A stretch of DNA of 64,000 bases from Candidatus Omnitrophota bacterium (lineage in GTDB: Bacteria > Omnitrophota > Gorgyraeia > 2-01-FULL-45-10): assembly GCA_041650805.1 (NCBI GenBank), contig JBAZKM010000003.1:156439-220438 (forward strand). Reading direction: 5' to 3'. The notes below the pieces were generated by a model. It was given only the letters and a program-made list of their open reading frames with translations. It was not told the DNA's origin and ran no database searches. The translations under genes were made by a program, and so were the position numbers. Of the stretch, positions 1-8,658 are shown in pieces. Positions within the stretch are counted from its first letter, which is position 1. Each line of letters begins with the position of its first letter.

Positions 1-2
1 CG

Positions 3-1814
3 GTCGCCGGCATGGAACCGGAAGAGGCGCTTGCGCGCTACAAGGCCGAAAAACGTATCAAAGGTTATGGTTCTACGCACTATATGAAGATGGCGGGATT
101 TTTGAAGGTCCTCCTCCTCGAACTCGCATCGATAGGCATCCCTGCCGGGCAGGTCGCAGATATTGAAGAAGATTATATGAAGATAACGGCCGGCCGGAAG
201 GATACTAAATATCTCTCCGCGACTCAGGACGAAGACAGTGCGGCGCTTATCTATACGCTTAAATTCAGATGGGCCTATCCCGGAGAAGAGGAGAAGGACC
301 GCGAAATAATATTTATAGAATGCGATATGACGCAGCCGGGCAGGTATCCAGATATTCTGAGAGAGGCAATCCGGGAAAAGTTCAATGCATACTATCAGCG
401 CGCAGGCCAGACGATGGCCGACAGCTATACCGCGTTTCTCGCGGAGGCGGCAAAAGGCATCGCCGCAGGCGGGTTTGTTGTCACTGACGACCGCGCATAT
501 CTCAGGGCTACCGAAGCGGACAATAAGGCGATAAGACGCGGTATCCTCGCTTCTCTCGGTTTCGCGGAACTTCCGCCGTCCGAAGATATGCGTAAGTGGG
601 AAGAGAGGATCCTGGCTGTCAACAGCGGCACCAGATACGGCTGGGACGTGGCGATAGAGACGGGTTCCGAATCGATCGGGAAGGTGTCTGCCTCTCCGGC
701 TGTCGGGGACAACGTCCCGATGGAAACGGAGACCGTCTCTGAAGACACTGCAGGGGCAAAAGCCGAGATTCCGAACTTCCTTTTTAGATCAGACACTACT
801 TTAGGAGATATTGAAAATTATTTTGACGCTTTAAGACAAGCGCTTTCGCAGGAAGGTCTTGATGCCGGTACGCGCAAAAAGATGTATAAGGCCGCCCAGG
901 TGGCTGTGGCGAAACTTAGGGTAGGGCTTGGATTGCTGAGAGACGGCAGGATGCTGGGGCATGAACCGTGCCTGGGTTGTGTCAATAACGGCGGTTGCGC
1001 CGTGGTGGCCGGACTTCTGGCCGGAGGTGTCCGTGGATCCGCTCCGGTTGACGACTGCGGAGCGATGAAGAAGCCGGCTATCTCGAACGATGACATCGGG
1101 TTGGCTATCATTGCGCTTGACACGTTCCTGAACGAAGTTAAGGGCGAGAACCGGCTAGAGACAAAGACGGCTCCCGACTCAAACCTCCAATCTCCAATCT
1201 CCAAGCTCCAAGCCCTCTTAGCATCTTCTCTTCAGTACGAGCGCGACAGGGCCGGCACACCCACAGACATAGTACCCGAAGGCCGTACGGTGATGCTCTC
1301 CGAAGGTCTCTTCGATATGGAGAAGAAGACAGAGCTTGTAGAGCTGATACTTAAGAATAGAGGCAGCAGTATACAGATACTCTCTGTAGATGAGCTCCGC
1401 CGCGGCGCCATAAGCGGGAGGGCCGCGAAGGATAATACCATAATAGTCCTTACAGAGGAGGAATTTAACGACCCGAAGGTCTGGAACGGCTATGCCAAGG
1501 AAGAGCGCGGTATAAATTCAAGCGTCCTGTTGCTGGATGATAATGCTAAATTTATAGGCACGAACTACCTCTACCTTGAAAGTGTCCTGAAACTATCGGT
1601 AGCTATAATGGCGGGCAACAGGGGTGCGGTCGGATCCTTCTATAAGCTCATAGCCGGAAGGCCGATAAGCGATGAGGCGCTCGCATCCCTCGGTATTGAC
1701 CCGGTCACCTTTGCCCTCAATGCGATACTGGAGTTCGATGAGATGCGGGTGAAGGATGCCGATGAGTTCGAACAGTATAAGCGCGCCATGGAGGTATTCC
1801 TGGCGGCGGCATAA
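3..1814 (+). CDS. Hypothetical protein, 5'-truncated at window edge. Its C-terminal ~200 aa is homologous to the C-terminus of the 7094-aa giant protein, so this is probably the tail of a paralogous large protein.
   Basis: Frame is open to the window start. The heptamer-encoded linker NLQSPISKLQA (nt 1184-1216) precedes a domain matching the giant's C-terminus (VLLLDDNAKFIG vs VIVLADNKFVSG; LSVAIMAG vs LAVAIALSS; similar length after the linker). Confidence 0.55.
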   Translation, partial: VAGMEPEEALARYKAEKRIKGYGSTHYMKMAGFLKVLLLELASIGIPAGQVADIEEDYMKITAGRKDTKYLSATQDEDSAALIYTLKFRWAYPGEEEKDREIIFIECDMTQPGRYPDILREAIREKFNAYYQRAGQTMADSYTAFLAEAAKGIAAGGFVVTDDRAYLRATEADNKAIRRGILASLGFAELPPSEDMRKWEERILAVNSGTRYGWDVAIETGSESIGKVSASPAVGDNVPMETETVSEDTAGAKAEIPNFLFRSDTTLGDIENYFDALRQALSQEGLDAGTRKKMYKAAQVAVAKLRVGLGLLRDGRMLGHEPCLGCVNNGGCAVVAGLLAGGVRGSAPVDDCGAMKKPAISNDDIGLAIIALDTFLNEVKGENRLETKTAPDSNLQSPISKLQALLASSLQYERDRAGTPTDIVPEGRTVMLSEGLFDMEKKTELVELILKNRGSSIQILSVDELRRGAISGRAAKDNTIIVLTEEEFNDPKVWNGYAKEERGINSSVLLLDDNAKFIGTNYLYLESVLKLSVAIMAGNRGAVGSFYKLIAGRPISDEALASLGIDPVTFALNAILEFDEMRVKDADEFEQYKRAMEVFLAAA

Positions 1815-2112
1815 TGTAGCTATCAGCCTTCAGCTTTCAGTTTTTTTAGCTTTTGCTGATAGCTGTAAGCTGACAGCTGAAAGCTTAAATTTAGCCCGGG
1901 CTAAGCTGGGATGGAGGGACCTTCCCCCGAGTTGGTGGACTCCATCCCAACCCGGGCTTTTTTTAAGCTATCAGCTATCAGTCGTCAGCTTTCAGCCTTG
2001 AAGTGAGACTCGTGAAGTTTCGTATAGATGGATCCATGGGGAGTCAACGTGCTTTTAAAAAGCACTATTGACTTTATTAGCTGACAGCTGATAGCTGATA
2101 GCTGAAAGCTAC
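1812..2112. repeat. Intergenic heptanucleotide (AGCTNTC) tandem arrays in inverted orientation, flanking an ~80-bp core that contains a palindrome (gtgcttttaaaaagcac).
   Basis: Forward arrays agctatcagccttcagctttcag (1820-1845) and agctatcagctatcagtcgtcagctttcagc (1961-1995). Reverse-complement arrays gctgatagctgtaagctgacagctgaaagct (1855-1888) and gctgacagctgatagctgatagctgaaagct (2081-2110). Confidence 0.8.
1905..1962 (+). terminator. Putative intrinsic terminator downstream of the first ORF.
   Basis: Perfect 10-bp stem tgggatggag/ctccatccca (1908-1917 and 1940-1949), followed by cccgggc and a T7 run. Confidence 0.5.
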
Positions 2113-2560
2113 CGGATGACATGACTTTCTCTTTTAACACTTCCTTATTCTTAGGCGACTTGACGCGGCCGAGGGTGAGGTGGGCGGCAAAAGGGCGGGA
2201 CTCTTTTGCAAATCCGATATTCGATAGCTCGTCATCGATCCGCCCGGCAAGCTCAACAGATTCTTTTGCTCCCTTGTCCAGGCCCACCCATATGACGCGA
2301 GGGGATTCGATCCGCGGGAACGCGCCGATCTCTTTTAAATTTATCTCAAACGGTTTCGTCCGGCTTCCGATATCGTCCAGGATGCTCTTTATCTTCCCGG
2401 CCTTCTCTTCCGTTATCTCTCCCAGGAATTTCAGTGTGAGGTGGATATTGCGGGGCTCGACCCACTTCACGTCAGCGCCGGCATATTTGAGGCGGGATTG
2501 TATCTGCGCGAGGGCGCCGCAAATATCGTCAGATATTTCGATGGCGATGAATGTACGCAT
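1985..2560 (-). CDS. thpR: RNA 2',3'-cyclic phosphodiesterase (2H phosphoesterase, LigT/ThpR family).
   Basis: Two H-x-T-x motifs (HLTLKFLGE and HLTLGR) in a ~190-aa protein. The C-terminal residues FKAES are encoded by the heptamer repeat. Confidence 0.8.
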   Translation of the reverse strand: MRTFIAIEISDDICGALAQIQSRLKYAGADVKWVEPRNIHLTLKFLGEITEEKAGKIKSILDDIGSRTKPFEINLKEIGAFPRIESPRVIWVGLDKGAKESVELAGRIDDELSNIGFAKESRPFAAHLTLGRVKSPKNKEVLKEKVMSSGSFQLSAISCQLIKSIVLFKSTLTPHGSIYTKLHESHFKAES

Positions 2561-2565
2561 TGACC

Positions 2566-3876
2566 CTATACGTTTCTTCTCACAAGCTCCAGCGCCGCCT
2601 GCGATGCCTGGAACTTTATCTCTTCGCGCGTTCCCTTGAATCTGAATTCTTTAACGAGAGCTTTCAGCTTTCTGCTTTCAGCTTTCAGCTTTTTACAATC
2701 GTCCATAGCCAAGGCGATATAAACTAAGCCGATGGGTTTCGACTTTGTACCGCCCGTAGGGCCGGCGATGCCCGTGAGAGATAATCCTATATCGGTGCCT
2801 GCGAGCCGCCTCACGCCTTCTGCCATTTCGAGCGCGACCTCGCGCGAAACGGCCCCATATTTCTTGAGGGTAAAGGGAGAGACACCTAGCATATTCACCT
2901 TGGACTCATTCGAATAAGCGATAATACCCATCATGAAATAACCGGAGCTCCCGCTTACGTTAGTAATACGGTGTGAAACGAACCCGCCCGTACAGGATTC
3001 GGCCGTTGCGATCGTCAGCTTCTTACGCTTCAAGGCATTTGCTACGGCGCCTTCGAGCGTATCTTCGTCATATCCGAATATATTACCCCTTAGCCGCGAA
3101 TGGATCTTACCCTCTATCCTTCCTATCACCCGCGCCGCTTCTCTGTCACTATCGGCCTTAGCCATTATCTTCAGGTCGACCTCGCCGAGCTTGGCGTATA
3201 TCCCGACTGTCGTAGGCGGCTTGAGGGAGAGGAGGTCCTTCGCCTTCGCATTGACCTGCGACTCCGCGAGTCCCGTGAGCTTGATCGTACGTGACCTCAG
3301 GGTATAGGGTATAGGGTTTAGGGCATAGTGTTTGAGCAGATAAGGGAGGATTTCGTGTTCCACCATCGGTTCAATTTCGCGCGGCGGCCCCGGGAGCGCG
3401 ATGATCACCTTACCGCGTACTTCCACGATCAATCCAGGCGCGGTGCCGACGCGATTCCGTATACGTTTTGCGCCTTCCGGGATATATGCCTGGCGGATGC
3501 TATCTCGAGGGGCCTTTATCCTGCGTAGTTTGAAGTAGCCGTTCAGGTCTTTCAGGACCGCCCGGTCCAGGATGAGTTCTCTTCCGGTAAGTTTTGCGAT
3601 CGTCTCTATCGTTATGTCATCTACGGTGGGGCCCAGCCCGCCCGAAGTTATTACGACGTCGGACCGGCCGAGCGCCTTCCGGATCGCCTCGGTGAGCCGT
3701 CCCGGATTGTCGCCTACGGTCGTGTGGTGAAATACGTCGATCCCGGCCTCTGCCAGTTTTTGTGAGAGAAAAGCGGCGTTTGTGTTGACGACGTGACCGA
3801 GCAGGAGCTCGGTGCCTATCGCTACGATCTCGGCGGTCATGGGGGTATTATAGCAGGGGCGAGTGACAGCGGTCAA
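2566..3876 (-). CDS. cinA: Competence/damage-inducible protein CinA (N-terminal MoCF-binding domain plus C-terminal CinA/PncC domain).
   Basis: N-terminal AEIVAIGTELLLG...VVITSGGLGPTVDDIT and C-terminal LTIATAESCTGGFVSHRITNVSGSS. Contains two heptamer-repeat-encoded in-frame segments (KLKAESRKLKAL at 2640-2690; NPIPYTL at 3300-3332). Confidence 0.85.
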   Translation of the reverse strand: MTAVTRPCYNTPMTAEIVAIGTELLLGHVVNTNAAFLSQKLAEAGIDVFHHTTVGDNPGRLTEAIRKALGRSDVVITSGGLGPTVDDITIETIAKLTGRELILDRAVLKDLNGYFKLRRIKAPRDSIRQAYIPEGAKRIRNRVGTAPGLIVEVRGKVIIALPGPPREIEPMVEHEILPYLLKHYALNPIPYTLRSRTIKLTGLAESQVNAKAKDLLSLKPPTTVGIYAKLGEVDLKIMAKADSDREAARVIGRIEGKIHSRLRGNIFGYDEDTLEGAVANALKRKKLTIATAESCTGGFVSHRITNVSGSSGYFMMGIIAYSNESKVNMLGVSPFTLKKYGAVSREVALEMAEGVRRLAGTDIGLSLTGIAGPTGGTKSKPIGLVYIALAMDDCKKLKAESRKLKALVKEFRFKGTREEIKFQASQAALELVRRNV

Positions 3877-3880
3877 GAGG

Positions 3881-3922
3881 TTAACGTTCAGCTTTCAGCC
3901 GTCAGCTATCAGCTTTCAGCAA
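3881..3922. repeat. AGCTNTC heptamer array (cinA upstream/divergent region).
   Basis: cagctttcagccgtcagctatcagctttcagc. Confidence 0.8.
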
Positions 3923-3987
3923 AAAAGTTAAAAAAAAGTGCAATAATATTTGAAATTTTAGCATCTATATAGGTAGAAGGGTAAATG

Positions 3988-4032
3988 GCGACTTAGCTAT
4001 CAGCTTTCAGCTGTCAGCTATCAGCAAAAGAA
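3988..4032. repeat. AGCTNTC heptamer array, forward orientation, on the left flank of the four-helix-bundle gene.
   Basis: tagctatcagctttcagctgtcagctatcagc. Confidence 0.8.
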
Positions 4033-4036
4033 GAAT

Positions 4037-4402
4037 ATGAAAGAGCAGAGATTTAGAAAGCTAGAAGTTTGGATCAAAGCAATGGATTTTGTTGAGATGA
4101 TTTATAAGATCACAAACAATTTTCCGCTAAGGGAGACGTATGGTCTTACAAGCCAATTGAGGCGAGCAACGCTATCTATAGCTCTGAATATTGCCGAAGG
4201 AAGCGGCTCTTCTTCCGATAGAGAATTTAGTAGATTCTTGAATATATCTTTGAGGTCATCTTATGAAGTTATGTGCGGCATCGAAGTGGTAAGGCGACTT
4301 AAGTATTGCGATGACAATGCAATAAGCATTTTATCGGACAGATGTGATGAGATATCGGCAATGTTGACCGGTTTAAAGAGAAAGCTGAAAGCTGACGGCT
4401 GA
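4037..4402 (+). CDS. Four-helix-bundle protein of the 23S rRNA intervening-sequence protein family (the family that includes DGR accessory protein Avd).
   Basis: 121 aa with the family signature ...ATLSIALNIAEGSGSSS...FLNISLRSSYEV. The C-terminus KRKLKADG is encoded by the heptamer repeat. Confidence 0.7.
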   Translation: MKEQRFRKLEVWIKAMDFVEMIYKITNNFPLRETYGLTSQLRRATLSIALNIAEGSGSSSDREFSRFLNISLRSSYEVMCGIEVVRRLKYCDDNAISILSDRCDEISAMLTGLKRKLKADG

Positions 4403-4420
4403 TAGCTGAAAGCTGAGGCC
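4383..4420. repeat. AGCTNTC heptamer array in reverse-complement orientation (right flank of the four-helix-bundle gene), forming an inverted pair with 3988-4032.
   Basis: agctgaaagctgacggctgatagctgaaagctgag. Confidence 0.8.
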
Positions 4421-4430
4421 CGAAAACGCT

Positions 4431-4459
4431 TTACAAGAAGGAGGTGACGCAGGTATAAT
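4431..4459 (+). promoter_or_regulatory. Sigma70-like promoter upstream of recA.
   Basis: TTACAA (4431-4436), a 17-nt spacer, and a perfect TATAAT (4454-4459). The AGGAG RBS lies 13 nt before the ATG at 4534. Confidence 0.5.
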
Positions 4460-4533
4460 ATATGCTCTATATTATGTTATATAAAGAACGGTGTAATTGA
4501 TCTGATCTGACTCAAAAAAAGGAGAGTTGAGCA

Positions 4534-5586
4534 ATGACTAAGACAAAGGTAAAGGAAGTTAAGGAGAGGGAACCGATAAGGGAAGATGCTAAGGATATAA
4601 GCCAGGAAGAGAAGACGAAGGCGCTGGACCTGGCTCTCGGGCAGATAGAGAAGCACTTCGGGAAGGGCGCCATAATGCGTCTCGGGCAGGACTTCAAGGT
4701 CGATGTCCCGGCCATCCCCACGGGTTCCATCGCCATAGACGTGGCGCTCGGCGTAGGCGGGGTCCCGCGCGGCAGGGTCGTGGAGATATTCGGGCCCGAG
4801 TCGAGCGGCAAGACGACGCTGACTTTGAGCATCATCGCGAATGCCCAGAAGGCAGGGGGGCAGGCGGCATTCATAGACGCGGAGCATGCGTTCGACCCGG
4901 CGTACGCAAAGAAGATAGGCGTGAACCTGGATAACCTTCTCATGTCACAGCCGGACACGGGCGAGCAGGCGCTCGAGATCACCGAGACGCTGGTGAAGTC
5001 GAACGCGATAGATGTCGTAGTTGTCGATTCTGTCGCGGCGCTGACGCCGAAGGCGGAGATAGAGGGCGATATGGGCGAATCGCACATGGGACTGCAGGCG
5101 AGGCTGATGAGCCAGGCGCTCAGGAAGCTCTCAGGGTCGATCTCCAAGTCGAAGACCTGCGTCATATTCATCAACCAGATAAGGGAGAAGATCGGCATCA
5201 TGTTCGGCAACCCCGAGACGACGCCCGGCGGCCGGGCGCTCAAATTCTACGCCTCGGTCAGGATAGACCTGCGGCGTATAGCGTCTCTGAAGAAAGGCGA
5301 TGATGCCGTCGGTAACAGGGTCCGCGCCTCTATCGTTAAGAACAAAGTAGCGCCGCCGTTCCGGAAGGCGGAGTTCGATATTATGTTCGACGAGGGGATC
5401 TCCAGGGCCGGCAGTGTGATAGATGTGGCGGAGACGCTCGGCATATTGACGAAGAGCGGTTCGTGGCTCATATACGGCGAAGAGAAGATAGGGCAGGGCA
5501 AGGAGAACGCGAGGACCTATCTCAGGGAGAACCCGAAGGTCCTGGCGAAGCTCGAGAAGGAGATCAGGGAGAAGGCGCTGAAATAA
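4534..5586 (+). CDS. recA: Recombinase RecA.
   Basis: Walker [24 protein letters not shown], and full-length colinearity (350 aa). Confidence 0.97.
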   Translation: MTKTKVKEVKEREPIREDAKDISQEEKTKALDLALGQIEKHFGKGAIMRLGQDFKVDVPAIPTGSIAIDVALGVGGVPRGRVVEIFGPESSGKTTLTLSIIANAQKAGGQAAFIDAEHAFDPAYAKKIGVNLDNLLMSQPDTGEQALEITETLVKSNAIDVVVVDSVAALTPKAEIEGDMGESHMGLQARLMSQALRKLSGSISKSKTCVIFINQIREKIGIMFGNPETTPGGRALKFYASVRIDLRRIASLKKGDDAVGNRVRASIVKNKVAPPFRKAEFDIMFDEGISRAGSVIDVAETLGILTKSGSWLIYGEEKIGQGKENARTYLRENPKVLAKLEKEIREKALK

Positions 5587-5594
5587 AGGTCAAG

Positions 5595-6065
5595 TTGGAA
5601 GAAGATAAGAAGAAGACGTTAGCGAAGAATAGCGCGTACCGGCTCCTGCGGGTGAGGCCGAGGAGCGAGGCGGAACTGCGCGGCCGTTTGAAAGAGAAGG
5701 GTTACGACGGCGTCACCATAGACGGGGCCGTAGAAGACCTCAGGACCAAGGGTTACGTAGACGACGAAAAATTTGCGCGGTTCTGGGTAGAGTCGCGCAT
5801 GCACCTCAACCCGGTCGGCGACGTGGTGCTGAAGCACGAGCTTAGGCGGAAGGGCATAAGCGATGCCGTCATAGACGCCGCCCTCGAGACGAAGGCAAAG
5901 GCCTATAACGAGTACGAGATCGCCCTCAGCATGGCGCGCGACAGGTTCGAGCGCCTGAAGAAACTCGACCGGCGCAAGGCGACGAAGCGCCTTTACGACT
6001 TCATGTTGCGCCGGGGCTTTGCGTACGAGACGGTGAGAAGAGTAATAGAAGAGTTAGCGAAGTAG
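5595..6065 (+). CDS. recX: Regulatory protein RecX.
   Basis: RecX-like helical repeats (AYRLLRVRPRSEAELRGRLKEKGY...) immediately downstream of recA. The start is uncertain (TTG 5595 chosen); the long ORF 5463..6065 overlaps the recA 3' end. Confidence 0.75.
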   Translation: MEEDKKKTLAKNSAYRLLRVRPRSEAELRGRLKEKGYDGVTIDGAVEDLRTKGYVDDEKFARFWVESRMHLNPVGDVVLKHELRRKGISDAVIDAALETKAKAYNEYEIALSMARDRFERLKKLDRRKATKRLYDFMLRRGFAYETVRRVIEELAK

Positions 6066-6069
6066 GTAT

Positions 6070-8658
6070 ATGAAGACCGACGATATACGAAGCTTATTTC
6101 TGGAGTTTTTCCGCGCCAAGGGGCACGAGATAGTGCCGAGTGATTTGCTCGTCCCGAAAGATGACCCGACGCTCCTCTTTACCGGCGCGGGGATGAACCA
6201 GTTCAAGGAGAAGTTCCTGGGCCGGAACGTCACGTACAGGCGCGCGGCATCGAGCCAGAAATGCCTGAGGACCGGCGACCTTGAGAACGTCGGAAAGACG
6301 TCGGGCCACCACACGTTCTTTGAGATGCTCGGCAACTTTTCGTTCGGGGACTATTTCAAGAAAGAGGCGATCTCCTGGGCGTGGGAGTTCATGACTGAGG
6401 AGCTGAAGATACCGGAAGGCCGGCTCCGGGCGTCGGTATATAAAGACGACGCCGAGGCATACGCCATCTGGAGGGACGTCATAAAGATGCCGGAGCGGAA
6501 GATAATAAAGTTCGGCGAAAAGGAGAACTTCTGGCCTTCCGAGGCGCCGACGAAAGGGCCCAACGGGCCGTGCGGGCCGTGTTCCGAGATATTCTACGAC
6601 TACGGCGATGACGTGGGGTGCAAAAAGCCGGGCTGTACGCCTGCGTGCGACTGCGGGAGGTTCATAGAAGTATGGAACCTCGTATTTACCCAGTTCGACA
6701 GGCGACCGGATGGAAAGCTTGAACCGCTCCCGAACAAGAATATCGATACCGGCATGGGGTTGGAGCGCCTGGCGTCGGTGATGCAGGGAGTGAAGACGAA
6801 CTTTGAGATAGACATCTTTGTGCCGATCGTTAAAGAGATAATCAAGGGTATAGGGTTTAGGGTATCGGGTATAGAAAAAGCTAGACCCGAATCCCCATAC
6901 CCCATACCCTATACCCTATACCCTAAGTTGAACGCCATCGCCGATCACATACGTGCGGTGGCATTCATGATCGCAGACGGCGTGATGCCGTCCAATGAAG
7001 AGCGCGGTTATGTGGCGCGCAAGCTCATCAGGCGGTCGCTTAACCACGCGATGGACCTGGAGATAAAAGTGCCTTTCCTTTACAAGCTCGTGAGCACCGT
7101 TTGCGAGGTGATGAAGATGCAGTACCCGGAGCTTTTGGAGAGAAGGGATGACATAGCTCAGGTCGTGAAGCGCGAGGAGGAGAACTTCCTCGTTGTGCTT
7201 GATACGCAGATACCTAAGGTGGAAGAAGCGTTTGAGAAATTTAAAGGTCATCAGGAATTGGCGGAGACGGCGTTCAATTTTTATGATACATACGGAATGC
7301 CGTATGACATGCTTGAGGAGATCGCCGAAAAATTTAAGTTAAAAATAGACAGGGCCGTCTTTGATAAACTTTTGGACAGGCAACGGACGCTTTCTCGCTC
7401 TAAGAGCAAGATAAAGGGCGAGATATTCTCCGAGACCTTCGCGAAGAAGGTGGAGTCGCTCGGTCTCAGGACAGAGTTTCTCGGTTATGAGAAGGCGAAG
7501 CTTGATGCGAAGGTCGCGGCGGTCCTCGAGGGCGGGGAAGTGATACTCGAGAGGACACCGTTCTACGGAGAATCGGGCGGACAGGCGGGTGACTGGGGCA
7601 CGATCGAGACGCCGTCCGGAAAGATGGAAGTGAAAGACGCGAAGAAGATAGGCGATACGATCGTCCATATAGGCATTATGGTCAAAGGAAGGATCGTCAA
7701 GGGCGAGACGGCCAGGGTCGCCATAGATGAAGAGGTGCGCCGCAGGGTGATGCGTAACCATACGGCGACCCATCTACTGCAGGCGGCCCTCCGCAGGGTG
7801 CTCGGTGAACATGTCCACCAGACGGGTTCCCTGGTGGATGCCGAACACCTGAGGTTCGATTTCACCCACATGAAGAAGATGGAGCCCCGCGAGATCGCCC
7901 GTGTCGAGGAGATAGTGAATGAGGCGATAAAGAAGGGCGTGGCTGTCGCAAAGGATATAAAAGATATAGATGATGCCAAGCAGAGCGGCGCCATAGCGCT
8001 CTTCGGCGAGAAGTACGGATCGAAGGTCCGCGTGATCTCGGTCGGGGACATATCCAGGGAGTTCTGCGGCGGGACACACGTCGATAACACAAAGGATATA
8101 GAGCTCTTCAGGATCACCGGCGAGAGCTCGATCGCATCCGGGGTCCGGCGTATCGAGGCGGTAACTGCGGACGCGGCCAGGAAATGGGCGGCGGACGAGA
8201 TCGAGGCCAGGGACGCAAAGCTCAAAGACGAGAAGCGCAAGGAAAAGGAGAAGACGGCAAAGGCCTCGCTCCTCAAGTCGGAATTGGAGAAGGTCGACTC
8301 ATATATAGCTAAAGGCATAGATGCGGGCGGCACCAGGGTCATAGCGGAGATAGTCCCGGGCGGCGTTATGGATATACTGCGCGCGCTGAGCGACGCCATA
8401 AAGTCGAAGGAGAGGTCCGCTGTCATAGTCCTGGCGTCTAAAGATAACGATAAAGTGTCGTTCGTGGTCTCGCTCACAAAGGACATCTTAGGCAGGAAGA
8501 CCCTTACGGCCAATGATATAGCGAAAGATATGGCGAAGTACTTAAGCGGCTCCGGCGGCGGAAGGCCGGATTTCGCTCAGGGCGGCGGAAAAGATCCGTC
8601 GAAACTTGACGAGGCGTTACGGAAAACGTTTGAACTGGTCAAAGAGAGGCTAAGATGA
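6070..8658 (+). CDS. alaS: Alanine--tRNA ligase.
   Basis: 862 aa with class II AlaRS core motifs, editing-domain HxxxH (HTATHLL), and C-terminal DHHA1-like GGGRPDFAQGGG. Carries a palindromic in-frame repeat insertion at 6841-6927. Confidence 0.95.
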   Translation: MKTDDIRSLFLEFFRAKGHEIVPSDLLVPKDDPTLLFTGAGMNQFKEKFLGRNVTYRRAASSQKCLRTGDLENVGKTSGHHTFFEMLGNFSFGDYFKKEAISWAWEFMTEELKIPEGRLRASVYKDDAEAYAIWRDVIKMPERKIIKFGEKENFWPSEAPTKGPNGPCGPCSEIFYDYGDDVGCKKPGCTPACDCGRFIEVWNLVFTQFDRRPDGKLEPLPNKNIDTGMGLERLASVMQGVKTNFEIDIFVPIVKEIIKGIGFRVSGIEKARPESPYPIPYTLYPKLNAIADHIRAVAFMIADGVMPSNEERGYVARKLIRRSLNHAMDLEIKVPFLYKLVSTVCEVMKMQYPELLERRDDIAQVVKREEENFLVVLDTQIPKVEEAFEKFKGHQELAETAFNFYDTYGMPYDMLEEIAEKFKLKIDRAVFDKLLDRQRTLSRSKSKIKGEIFSETFAKKVESLGLRTEFLGYEKAKLDAKVAAVLEGGEVILERTPFYGESGGQAGDWGTIETPSGKMEVKDAKKIGDTIVHIGIMVKGRIVKGETARVAIDEEVRRRVMRNHTATHLLQAALRRVLGEHVHQTGSLVDAEHLRFDFTHMKKMEPREIARVEEIVNEAIKKGVAVAKDIKDIDDAKQSGAIALFGEKYGSKVRVISVGDISREFCGGTHVDNTKDIELFRITGESSIASGVRRIEAVTADAARKWAADEIEARDAKLKDEKRKEKEKTAKASLLKSELEKVDSYIAKGIDAGGTRVIAEIVPGGVMDILRALSDAIKSKERSAVIVLASKDNDKVSFVVSLTKDILGRKTLTANDIAKDMAKYLSGSGGGRPDFAQGGGKDPSKLDEALRKTFELVKERLR
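6841..6927. repeat. Palindromic CCCTATA/GGGTATA heptamer-array insertion inside the alaS coding sequence.
   Basis: gggtatagggtttagggtatcgggtatag + 18-nt spacer + ccccataccccataccctataccctataccc; encodes KGIGFRVSGIEKARPESPYPIPYTLYP. Confidence 0.85.

Noticed and set aside
1756-2001. 81-aa ORF spanning the first intergenic repeat region, and the 50565-50828 / 50728-51012 ORFs in the post-giant spacer.
   Set aside because: These are composed of translated heptamer repeats and palindromes with no RBS. They are most likely non-coding.
4400-4533. LexA/SOS box upstream of recA.
   Set aside because: Neither CTGT-N8-ACAG nor GAAC-N4-GTTC palindromes were found in the 130 nt upstream. Only a sigma70-like promoter is visible, so no claim is made.
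7563-8513. Long antisense ORFs (316 aa here, plus 4512-5243, 41419-42678, 52674-53636, 54262-55089, 59765-60505, 60908-61969 on the minus strand).
   Set aside because: They lie entirely inside confidently identified plus-strand genes (alaS, recA, the giant gene, infB, trpS, DAHP synthase, tyrA). They are Ser/Pro/Ala/Arg-rich shadow ORFs typical of GC-rich DNA, with no RBS or motif.
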